From a bacterium (lineage in GTDB: Bacteria; Patescibacteriota; Minisyncoccia; Minisyncoccales; CG1-02-41-26): DNA of 55,570 nt. Below are positions 27,686 to 35,658 of this stretch, in pieces. The position numbers and the translations under genes are program-made. Positions within the stretch are counted from its first letter, which is position 1; each line of letters starts with the position of its first letter. The notes under the pieces are model-generated. The model ran no database searches, had not been told where the DNA came from, and worked only from the letters and a program-made list of their open reading frames with translations. The stretch covers positions 1 through 55,570 of the forward strand of contig JAGGXV010000022.1 in NCBI GenBank assembly GCA_021162885.1, in the 5' to 3' direction.

Positions 27686-28258
27686 TTAAAGTGCAAGAAG
27701 GTTATTTTTATCTCCTGAAAGAATTTTGATTATGTAATCAATGATTTTTTCTACTGGAGTTGCTTTAACTACCCTTTCCTCGATTTTAGGCTCCAGTATT
27801 GTGATACCAAGCTTCTTAAGTTTGGCAAGATTATCCTGCAAGATGGGGTTGCTATAAAACTTTAGATTCATTGTTGGAACTATGAAAAGCTTATCAGGAG
27901 TAGTCGCACCACACAAAGAAGTCACGGCATTATCCGCTATTCCGTTAGCTATTTTATTAATAGTATTGAAGGTGGCAGGATAGACTATTACTAAATCGAA
28001 ATCAGATAGGTGCTCAGTGGAACCGGTAAGTTCTGTCACTACTGGCTTTTTGCTCATCGACTTCATAATTTCAGGGCTTACACCATGCTTTACAGCATTC
28101 TCAGTCATGAAACATTGGATTTCGGCTTTATGCTTTTTTCTGAGTTCTCTAGCAAATTTAGGAGCCGCTATTATAGCTATGCTTCCCGTAAGACACAGTG
28201 CTATTTTCTTTCCTTCTAAAATACCCTGAGCATTTCTTTTCTTTTTGTTCTCTTCCAT
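27686..28258 (-). CDS. Stand-alone HFCD flavoprotein (CoaC/EpiD-like decarboxylase domain)
   Basis: LCLTGSIA, EH, PATFNTINKIANGIADN, PTMN; no CoaB domain. Confidence 0.85.
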   Translation of the reverse strand: MEENKKKRNAQGILEGKKIALCLTGSIAIIAAPKFARELRKKHKAEIQCFMTENAVKHGVSPEIMKSMSKKPVVTELTGSTEHLSDFDLVIVYPATFNTINKIANGIADNAVTSLCGATTPDKLFIVPTMNLKFYSNPILQDNLAKLKKLGITILEPKIEERVVKATPVEKIIDYIIKILSGDKNNLLAL

Positions 28259-28293
28259 TTTCTCCTCCTTTTAAAGAACTTACTTTATTCTTC

Positions 28294-28322
28294 ATTATAA
28301 TGCAATAAAAACTTTTTGTCAA
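28294..28322 (-). promoter_or_regulatory. Consensus sigma70 promoter for the flavoprotein-kinase pair
   Basis: TTGACA-N17-TATAAT on the minus strand. Confidence 0.8.
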
Positions 28323-28446
28323 ATTTTCCTCTCGATTAAGCTTCAAATTTATTAATCTCAACGAAATGAACTTTCGGTACTCTAAATTACGAATTTATAA
28401 GAAAAAAATTTTAAAGAGAGCCCAATCTCTTGTTTCTAAAAGCAAG

Positions 28447-29031
28447 CTACCCAAGTGCTATTGATTCTAAGATTGTGTATTCTGCACCGGTTCTTTTCAA
28501 TTTGCTTTCCATTATTTCAATTGACTTGACTTCAAAATCCAAAGAAATTTCTTTTTCAATCTCCGGCCGTTCTTCTGGTTCAATTCTTCTCCACTGCCAT
28601 GTCCTGATTCTTCCTAAAGTAATATGGGGAGAAAACTCCCTTTTTTCTACTTTTCTCAAAATGCCGGATTTAGCCATCTCTTTTTTCAGTTTTTCAGCCG
28701 AATTCAACAATTCTGGCTTTTTTTCTAATTCAATCCAGATTAAACGGGGTGGTATTTGTTTTGGTGGTCCATAACATACTTTTTTAAATTTCAGAGAAAA
28801 TGGCTTTTGCGCCTCCGCGATATTCTTTACAATTTGGCGAATTTTGGGAATTTTTTCATCTTCGACCGAGCCAATAAAAAGCAAAGTCAGATGCAAATTC
28901 TCCTTTTTCACCCAGCGAACCACTCCCCTATTTGCTTCTTCAGGGAATAAACTATCTAATTCTTTTTCTAAATTCTCTAACTCAGTTTTAATCTTTTCCG
29001 GTAAATTTATAGCAATAAAAATCCTTTTCAT
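28447..29031 (-). CDS. thpR: RNA 2',3'-cyclic phosphodiesterase (2H family)
   Basis: RIFIAI, HLTL and PHITLGR 2H motifs, ESKL...Y. Confidence 0.93.
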   Translation of the reverse strand: MKRIFIAINLPEKIKTELENLEKELDSLFPEEANRGVVRWVKKENLHLTLLFIGSVEDEKIPKIRQIVKNIAEAQKPFSLKFKKVCYGPPKQIPPRLIWIELEKKPELLNSAEKLKKEMAKSGILRKVEKREFSPHITLGRIRTWQWRRIEPEERPEIEKEISLDFEVKSIEIMESKLKRTGAEYTILESIALG

Positions 29032-29032
29032 A

Positions 29033-29157
29033 CTCTACCAATTACGAATGAAACACGAATTACGAATTTATTCAATTTTAAATCATTTTATGATAAGATT
29101 CAATAATACTAATACTCTATTCGTAATTCGATAAAATTCGTAATTTGTGAGGAATTT
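29033..29157. repeat. ACGAATT element split by a 51-bp insert
   Basis: Left half 29033-29067 and right half 29119-29157 match the halves of the 12520 and 33682 copies. Confidence 0.75.
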
Positions 29158-30174
29158 ATGAAGGAGGTTTATCTTTACAAAAAACTAAAGAACAAAAAAG
29201 TTCAATGCCAAAATTGTGCTCACTATTGTGTAATTGAACCCGGAAGAAAAGGTAAATGTTATGTCAGAGAAAACAAAGATGGCAAACTTTATTCTTTGGT
29301 TTACGGAAAAGCTTGCGCTATAAACATTGACCCAATTGAGAAAAAGCCATTTTTTCATTTTTTACCAGGTTCTCAATCCTTATCAATTGCCACTGTTGGT
29401 TGTAACTTTGCTTGCCAAAATTGTCAAAATTGGCAAATCTCCCAAGCCCCAAGAATTTTTAAAAAAATAGAAGGTCAAGAGCTTCCACCCAAAGAAGTTA
29501 TCAAAATCGCTTTAGAAAACAATCTTTCATCGATTTCTTACACCTATACGGAACCTGCGATATTTTCCGATTACGCCTTAGACACAATGAAATTAGCAAA
29601 AAAAGCCGGCTTAAAAAACAACTGGGTCTCAAATGGATTTTGGTCAGAAGAATTATTTAATTTAATCTCCCTTTATTTAGACGCCGCCAACATCGACCTT
29701 AAAAGTTTCGATGATAAATTTTATCAAAAATACGCTGGTGGCCGGCTTCAACCGGTTTTAGACACTTTAAAGCGTCTCAAAAAGTCTGGCATTTGGGTTG
29801 AGGTGACAACTTTGGTTATTCCAACTCTCAGTGACGATTTAAAAATGTTAAGGGAAATCGCGGAATTTATCAAAAATGAACTGGGTCCCGAAACTCCTTG
29901 GCATATTTCTCAATTTTCTGGAGTTATTTCTTGGAAACTCCAGCATTTACCCGAAACTCCAGTTGAAACTTTAAAAAAAGCCTGGCAAATCGGCAAAAAA
30001 GCCGGTCTAAAATATGTTTACACTGGCAACATCCCCGGTTTGGAGCAAGAAGACACTTTCTGTCCAAAATGCGGAGCAAAAATGATAGACCGCACCGGCT
30101 ACTCTATCACCCGCTCAGATAACCACGGCAAATGCTCCAAATGTGGCGAAGATTTAAATCTAATTTTAAAATAA
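29158..30174 (+). CDS. AmmeMemoRadiSam system radical SAM enzyme
   Basis: CQNCAHYC, IDPIEKKP, GCNFACQNCQNWQISQ (CxxxCxxC), YTYTEP, YVYTGN, C-terminal CPKC/CSKC. Confidence 0.93.
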   Translation: MKEVYLYKKLKNKKVQCQNCAHYCVIEPGRKGKCYVRENKDGKLYSLVYGKACAINIDPIEKKPFFHFLPGSQSLSIATVGCNFACQNCQNWQISQAPRIFKKIEGQELPPKEVIKIALENNLSSISYTYTEPAIFSDYALDTMKLAKKAGLKNNWVSNGFWSEELFNLISLYLDAANIDLKSFDDKFYQKYAGGRLQPVLDTLKRLKKSGIWVEVTTLVIPTLSDDLKMLREIAEFIKNELGPETPWHISQFSGVISWKLQHLPETPVETLKKAWQIGKKAGLKYVYTGNIPGLEQEDTFCPKCGAKMIDRTGYSITRSDNHGKCSKCGEDLNLILK

Positions 30175-30182
30175 AACAAAAA

Positions 30183-30204
30183 GGGAGCTAAAATCTTAGC
30201 TCCC
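30183..30204. terminator. Bidirectional terminator hairpin
   Basis: GGGAGCTAA / TTAGCTCCC between convergent genes. Confidence 0.7.
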
Positions 30205-30212
30205 CTAAAAAA

Positions 30213-30503
30213 TCATTTCCATTTCCATTCCGCAGCTATCCTCGGTGAAGGATCGCCAATTTCAATGTAAAATTCTCCATTATTCAGCTTTATTCTTATC
30301 CCTGGAAAAGCTGCTGGAATTGATGCTTCTATTCTTTCTGACAGAAAAGCTTTGAATTGGGGAAAATTTTCAAGAATGGCAAGAGTTTCTGGTTGGGTGA
30401 AAGAAGAAATTGGAATTCGCATTGCTCTTCCAAATCCCAAAACCTCCTTTAAAGAAGGTTTTGGCACTATCCTTTCCTCAATAATTTCTCTTAAATCCAT
30501 CAC
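30213..30503 (-). CDS. Orphan hypothetical protein inserted antisense in the AmmeMemoRadiSam operon
   Basis: 96-aa ORF with AAGGAGG SD, own TTGACA-N18-TAAGAT promoter and terminator. Confidence 0.65.
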   Translation of the reverse strand: MMDLREIIEERIVPKPSLKEVLGFGRAMRIPISSFTQPETLAILENFPQFKAFLSERIEASIPAAFPGIRIKLNNGEFYIEIGDPSPRIAAEWKWK

Positions 30504-30558
30504 ACCCTCCTTATTATAAAATTTTTAATATCCTTATCTTATCACAAAATATACTAAA

Positions 30559-31392
30559 ATGTCAAGTGAACAATTAAAATTTGCTTCAATCTGTCCTCAT
30601 CCCCCAATAATTATTCCAACCATCGGCTCGCCTCCCGATTTAGAAAAAGTCTCAAAAACCATTTCTGCAATGGAAAAGTTGGGAAAAATTTTTGCCAAAA
30701 CTGCTCCAGATACTGTAATAATCGTTTCACCTCACGGTCCGGTTGATTTTAGTCAGTTCACAATAAACGACTCCCCTACTCTCGCTGGTCATTTTTACAA
30801 TTTCGGCGATTTCCAAACAGAATTGGTTTTCAAAAATGATTTGGAATTAATAGAACAAATCAAAAACACCCTAACTTATTTCAACCACGATCGTGGATCA
30901 TTTAAGATAAATCAGTTGCCATTCCGAGAAATTAACTTGAAAGAACTCGACCACGGAGCATTGGTTCCTCTTTATTATCTTTCTCGAGAGTATCCAAAAT
31001 TTAAAGTAGTACCCATTGCCTATTCTTACTTGGATATAGAAACTCATTTTAAATTTGGTAAAATTCTCAAAAAAGCAATAGAATCTCAAGACAAAAAAAT
31101 AGCCATAGTAGCTTCTGGAGATTTGTCTCACCGTTTAACTCCCGAAGCGCCAGCTGGCTACAGTTCTAGAGGCAAAGAATTTGATGAAAAATTGATTGAA
31201 CTTTTAAAAAATAAAGATGTCAAAGGAATTTTAAATATGGACCCCGATTTAGTTGAAGAAGCCGGCGAATGCGGCTATCGCTCAATAATAATTTTGCTGG
31301 GTGCACTTGATGGCTTAAACTGGCAGCCTGAAATTCTTTCTTATGAAGGGCCCTTCGGCGTCGGCTATTTGGTAATGAATTTTAATTTGTGA
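30559..31392 (+). CDS. AmmeMemoRadiSam system protein B (MEMO1/LigB fold)
   Basis: PHPP, SPH, LDHGALVPL, ASGDLSHRL, AGECG, SYEGPFGVGY. Confidence 0.9.
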   Translation: MSSEQLKFASICPHPPIIIPTIGSPPDLEKVSKTISAMEKLGKIFAKTAPDTVIIVSPHGPVDFSQFTINDSPTLAGHFYNFGDFQTELVFKNDLELIEQIKNTLTYFNHDRGSFKINQLPFREINLKELDHGALVPLYYLSREYPKFKVVPIAYSYLDIETHFKFGKILKKAIESQDKKIAIVASGDLSHRLTPEAPAGYSSRGKEFDEKLIELLKNKDVKGILNMDPDLVEEAGECGYRSIIILLGALDGLNWQPEILSYEGPFGVGYLVMNFNL

Positions 31393-32153
31393 TTAATTTT
31401 TCAAAGATTAAAAAAATTTTCTCTCAAGAAGCCAAGTTAATTGAGATAAAAAACCCAAAGAAGGTTATTTTTGTTGGGGATACTCATGGAGATTTAGAAG
31501 CATCGGAGAAAGTAATTAAAAAGTATCTTAAACCAGCTAACAAAATTGTCTTTTTAGGGGATTACATAGACAGAGGGCTTCATTCAAAAGAGAATTTAGA
31601 TTATCTACTTGAGCAAAAAGAAAAGTTTCCTAATCAAATTTATCTTTGCGGAGGCAACCACGAAGGCCACCATATTTTAGAATTTTCACCAGCTGATTTC
31701 TGGGAAAATTTAAATATTGATGAATACAGAAAATATACAGAAATTGTCAAGAAATTCCCTTTAGTGGCAGTTGTTAGAGATATTATCGCTTTGCATGGTG
31801 CTTTACCTGATGTAAAAAATCTAAAAGAGATAAACAAAATAGAGCTAGGGAGTGAACGATGGTTCCAGATTACTTGGGGAGATTTCGTAGAAGAACCCGG
31901 AAAATTTTTAGGGTTTAATTCAATGACTGGTCGTCCCCAGTTTGGCAGAGATTGGTTCAATAATTTAATGGAAAGATTTCACAAAAAAGTTCTCATTCGC
32001 TCCCACCAACCCACCGCTCCCCAATTTATGTATGACAATCGCTGTCTCACCATTTTCACCTCCTCTGCTTATGCTCGCGAAAGAACCATTGCTATTGCTG
32101 ATTTCACTAAACAAATAAAAACTGCCAAAGATTTAGAAATTAAAAGAATTTAA
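31389..32153 (+). CDS. Metallophosphoesterase (PPP Ser/Thr phosphatase-like)
   Basis: GDTHG, GDYIDRG, GNHE, HG, RSHQ. Confidence 0.9.
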   Translation: MINFSKIKKIFSQEAKLIEIKNPKKVIFVGDTHGDLEASEKVIKKYLKPANKIVFLGDYIDRGLHSKENLDYLLEQKEKFPNQIYLCGGNHEGHHILEFSPADFWENLNIDEYRKYTEIVKKFPLVAVVRDIIALHGALPDVKNLKEINKIELGSERWFQITWGDFVEEPGKFLGFNSMTGRPQFGRDWFNNLMERFHKKVLIRSHQPTAPQFMYDNRCLTIFTSSAYARERTIAIADFTKQIKTAKDLEIKRI

Positions 32154-32159
32154 CACTTT

Positions 32160-32468
32160 ATGAAATTTGTGGTAAAAAATATATCAGGAGAGAATCTTAT
32201 AAATTTGATGAGGAAGATTGGCTACCATTATGCTGGAGAGAGCCGTGATAAAACGCAGCTAACATTTACTCGTTCTTTAGGGCCTAATTCTTATCCTCGC
32301 TTTCATATTTATTTAAAAGAAAATAAAGAGACCGGAGAGATATTTTTAAATTTGCATCTTGACCAGAAAAAACCAATTTACAAAGGTGCTCCAGCCCATA
32401 GCGCTGAGTACGAAGGTGAAGTTGTTGAAAAGGAAGCAGAAAGGATTAAAAATGTGTTAAATAAATGA
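32160..32468 (+). CDS. Hypothetical protein
   Basis: Operon-embedded 102-aa ORF with a His-rich pattern RFH...LHLDQ...AHSAEY. Confidence 0.75.
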   Translation: MKFVVKNISGENLINLMRKIGYHYAGESRDKTQLTFTRSLGPNSYPRFHIYLKENKETGEIFLNLHLDQKKPIYKGAPAHSAEYEGEVVEKEAERIKNVLNK

Positions 32469-32480
32469 TAAAATAGAGTA

Positions 32481-33005
32481 ATGAATCCTTTTATTGAATT
32501 AGCAAAAAAGGCGGTAGAGAATTACATCAAAAAAGGAGAAATTATTGATGTGCCGGATAATTTGCCAAGAGAGATATTAGAAAAGAAATCTGGCACTTTT
32601 GTGACTATTAAAAAGAGTGGTCAACTGCGTGGCTGTATAGGCACTTATTTGCCAACAAGAGAGAATATTGCTGAAGAAATAATTCGAAATGCCATAGCTG
32701 CAGCCACCCAAGATTATCGATTTGATGCAGTACAAAAAGAAGAACTTCCTTATTTGTCTTACACTGTTTATATTTTAGACAAACCAGAACAAATAAAAGA
32801 TATTTCCGAACTCGACCCTAAAAAATACGGTATTTTGATAAAAACTTTAGATTTCCCCCCTAAATCCGCTCTCTTGCTCCCAGATTTAGAGGGTTTAGAT
32901 ACAGTTGAAAAACAGCTTTTTGCTGCCTGCCAAAAAGCCGGAATTAACCCAGAAAAAGAAAAAATTGTAATCTATAAATTTTCAGCCAAAAAATATGGCA
33001 AATGA
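32481..33005 (+). CDS. AmmeMemoRadiSam system protein A (AMMECR1 domain)
   Basis: GTFVT, LRGCIG, AATQDYRF, LLLP, KAGI. Confidence 0.93.
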   Translation: MNPFIELAKKAVENYIKKGEIIDVPDNLPREILEKKSGTFVTIKKSGQLRGCIGTYLPTRENIAEEIIRNAIAAATQDYRFDAVQKEELPYLSYTVYILDKPEQIKDISELDPKKYGILIKTLDFPPKSALLLPDLEGLDTVEKQLFAACQKAGINPEKEKIVIYKFSAKKYGK

Positions 33006-33681
33006 AAATAATAAAAATAAAGAAATTGCTAAAATTTTAAGAGAAATTAAAGATTACCTTTTACTTTTAAGAGGCACACCCTACAGACCAAGAGCTTATG
33101 AGAGAGCGGCAGAAATATTAGAAAATTTTAATCAAGATATCGCAACAATTTATAAAAATAAAGGTTTAAAAAGCCTTCAAGGAATTAGAGGTATTGGCAA
33201 AAGCATTGCCAAGAAAATTGAAGAATATCTAAAAACAAAGAAAATAAAATATCTTGAAGATTTAAAAGAGAAAACAAAAATTCAGCAAATTGTTACCCAT
33301 TATTTTAAAACAAAAGGATTAAGTTTAGAACAAATCAAAAAAGACGCCAAAAAGAAAAAAATAATTTATTCTCGCTATACTAAACCCGCAAAACAACTTT
33401 TGGAGTTAGCCGGTTCTGTTGAGAAAGCGAAAAAAGCCCTTGATGTGGTCGCTGAATGGGCAAAATCAAGGGGTTTAGATTATGCTATTGAGACAGTTTT
33501 TAAAAAATGGTTAGAACTTGACAGATTGAAGCCAAAAGAGATAATCAAAAAACCATTCTATGAAGGAAATCCTATGGTTTGGTCCCAAACCCACAAAAAG
33601 TGGTATGTGATTGATGAAAATGGAGAATGGTTAGAATTTGTTGGTAAAGAGGAAGACATCGAATGGCGCACAATTAAATAA
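32995..33681 (+). CDS. Helix-hairpin-helix protein (PolX N-terminal-like domain) with unknown C-terminal domain
   Basis: NKEIA...RAYERAA...IRGIGKSIAKKIEEYL; no polymerase or PHP domain follows. Confidence 0.8.
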   Translation: MANENNKNKEIAKILREIKDYLLLLRGTPYRPRAYERAAEILENFNQDIATIYKNKGLKSLQGIRGIGKSIAKKIEEYLKTKKIKYLEDLKEKTKIQQIVTHYFKTKGLSLEQIKKDAKKKKIIYSRYTKPAKQLLELAGSVEKAKKALDVVAEWAKSRGLDYAIETVFKKWLELDRLKPKEIIKKPFYEGNPMVWSQTHKKWYVIDENGEWLEFVGKEEDIEWRTIK

Positions 33682-33756
33682 CCCTACGAATTACGAATAC
33701 AACACTAATTACGAATATTCGTAATTCGATAAAATTCGTAATTCGTGAAGAAGTTT
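33682..33756. repeat. ACGAATT-based palindromic element (copy 2)
   Basis: CCCTACGAATTACGAAT...AATTACGAATATTCGTAATT...ATTCGTAATTCG; 20-bp perfect central palindrome at 33707-33726. Confidence 0.85.
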
Positions 33757-34734
33757 ATGAAAATTATATTTATGGGAACTCCTGAGTTTGGAGCGATTAT
33801 TTTGGAAAAACTTGCTGAAACCCCCTTCAAGCCAATTTTAGTTGTCACCTCTCCTGACAAGCCAGTAGGCAGAAAACAAATTCTAACTCCCCCACCGGTC
33901 AAAGTCATTGCACAGAAATATGGTATTCCAGTTGAGCAACCCGATGAAATTGAAAATTGTAAATTGAAAATTGAAAACTTAAAACCGGATTTAGGGATAG
34001 TGGCCGCCTATGGCAAAATTTTACCAAAAGACATATTAAATATTCCCAAATTTGGTTTTCTCAATGTCCATCCTTCCCTTCTTCCCAAATACCGAGGTCC
34101 CTCTCCCATTCGGTCTGTCATTTTAGAGAACGAGGAAGAAACCGGGGTGACCATAATTTTAATGGACGAGAAAATGGACCACGGACCGATTTTAAAGCAA
34201 AAGGGATTAAAATTAAGGGGAGAAGAAACCTTTGAAAAACTTACTAAAGATTTAGCTGAACTGGGTTCAACTCTTTTGATAAATACCATTCCGTTTTGGT
34301 TGAAGGGTGTGATTGAACCCCGACCCCAAGATGAAAGAGAAGCCACTTACACTAAAATTTTTACCAGAGAAGATGGTGAGATTAACTGGCAAAAATCAGC
34401 CGAGCAAATTGAACGAGAAATAAGAGCTTTTTATCCCTGGCCCGGTAGTTATACATTTTGGAGGAGAGTTGGCAAATGGGGAAGAAGAAGCGAAACCTTG
34501 AGAATAAAAATCATAAAGGCAAAAGTTTCAAAGTCCTCAGGGATTCTTTATCCCATTGGCAAAACCATTGCAGGACCCGATAACAAATTTTATGTTCAGT
34601 GTGGTGGTCTTCCCTATAGAGCCCCCAGAGATTTCTTGTTGGTTGAAAAACTACAACTCGAAGGAAAAAAACCAGTAACTTCCGAAGAATTTTTAAGGGG
34701 CTACCCTGATTTCATTGGCACCATCCTTCAATAA
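33757..34734 (+). CDS. fmt: Methionyl-tRNA formyltransferase
   Basis: IIFMGTPEF, PDKPVGR, NVHPSLLPKYRGPSP, MDHG, IRAFYPWP. Confidence 0.96.
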   Translation: MKIIFMGTPEFGAIILEKLAETPFKPILVVTSPDKPVGRKQILTPPPVKVIAQKYGIPVEQPDEIENCKLKIENLKPDLGIVAAYGKILPKDILNIPKFGFLNVHPSLLPKYRGPSPIRSVILENEEETGVTIILMDEKMDHGPILKQKGLKLRGEETFEKLTKDLAELGSTLLINTIPFWLKGVIEPRPQDEREATYTKIFTREDGEINWQKSAEQIEREIRAFYPWPGSYTFWRRVGKWGRRSETLRIKIIKAKVSKSSGILYPIGKTIAGPDNKFYVQCGGLPYRAPRDFLLVEKLQLEGKKPVTSEEFLRGYPDFIGTILQ

Positions 34735-34798
34735 CTTATGTAGTTTTTATTCTCAATCCCGCACTCTCTTCTTTTGCTCTCACCTTCCCCCCCTTTTT

Positions 34799-35596
34799 TT
34801 AACACGAAAAAAGCCCGACTCCGGGCTTTTTTGTATTTGCTGCGGGGTTTGGATTCGAACCAAAATCAGAGGAGCCAAGGTCCTCGGTGCTACCATTACA
34901 CCACCCCGCAATTTTTTTTGACATTTTATGAACTCCCTCAATCCAACCTGCTATTTTTCTATTAAAATTTATACTCTTTCTAACTTTAATCCTCAATAGT
35001 CCAAAATATTTTTCTCCTATATTTTTTCTTTTTGTATTAATTTTATGCTTTTTCCAGGTAATTTTTTGAAAATTTTCTATAGGAAAACCTGTAACTTTCG
35101 ACCAATATCGTCGCACTCTCTTTAATTTATCTTTAGCGGTTTCGTGAAGATAAATACGGAAATAAATTTCTGATTTTGGTATTTTACAAATCTCCAAGAG
35201 CCATCTTAAAAAGACTTTTATCAAATATGGATCTGAGTTTCCTAAATCCACCAAGCTACCTTTCTCTTTTTCCTTGTGTCCTTCTGCCCAATAAAGTGCT
35301 ACCCCAAATAACCAAAGGTCTCTTTCACTGATATTTCCTATTTCATTTCTTGCTTTCTCTTTTATCTCTTCCGTAATGATCTTTCTCTGATTTCTCCTTT
35401 TAAGAGCTCCCCTAAGAGCAGCTAATAGTTTCCTTTTTGTTAATCTTTGTTTTTGCCTCCTACTTAGCCCAACACTTCTCAACCATAACGAGAGAGTTGA
35501 CTTAGCTACTGGGATTTTCTTTAAAATCTCACTGTAAGAATACCCCTCTCTTCGTAATTTTATTGCTTGCTCTTTTTCTTTAAGTTTAGGTATCAT
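34799..35596 (-). CDS. HTH + LAGLIDADG-like protein adjacent to, and reading through, tRNA-Gln
   Basis: N-terminal HTH (LRREGYSYSEI...KSTLSLWL) and LYWAEG...NSDP LAGLIDADG-like segment; C-terminal ~35 aa are translated from the tRNA and terminator. Confidence 0.7.
   Translation of the reverse strand: MIPKLKEKEQAIKLRREGYSYSEILKKIPVAKSTLSLWLRSVGLSRRQKQRLTKRKLLAALRGALKRRNQRKIITEEIKEKARNEIGNISERDLWLFGVALYWAEGHKEKEKGSLVDLGNSDPYLIKVFLRWLLEICKIPKSEIYFRIYLHETAKDKLKRVRRYWSKVTGFPIENFQKITWKKHKINTKRKNIGEKYFGLLRIKVRKSINFNRKIAGWIEGVHKMSKKIAGWCNGSTEDLGSSDFGSNPNPAANTKKPGVGLFSC
34807..34832. terminator. Bidirectional intrinsic terminator
   Basis: AAAAAAGCCCG-ACTC-CGGGCTTTTTT. Confidence 0.85.
34840..34910 (-). 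tRNA. tRNA-Gln(UUG), CCA not encoded
   Basis: TGCGGGG acceptor stem, GTGTAATGGTAGCAC D arm, GAGGA-CCTTGGC-TCCTC anticodon arm, TTTGG-TTCGAAT-CCAAA T arm, discriminator G. Confidence 0.93.
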
Positions 35597-35598
35597 AA

Positions 35599-35653
35599 TG
35601 AACTACGGTTATCATTTATTTAATCCTATCATCGTGGTTCAAAATTGTAAAGG
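35599..35653 (-). promoter_or_regulatory. Promoter with overlapping inverted repeat upstream of the LAGLIDADG-like gene
   Basis: TTTACA-N17-TAGGAT; arms TGAACCACGAT ... ACCGTAGTTCA bracket the -10 and end next to the ATG. Confidence 0.55.
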
Positions 35654-35658
35654 TCTAT

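Noticed and set aside
12520..33756. ACGAATT repeats as a CRISPR array
   Set aside because: Units are 7-12 bp, inverted and dispersed, with no unique 30-40-bp spacers and no cas genes in the window
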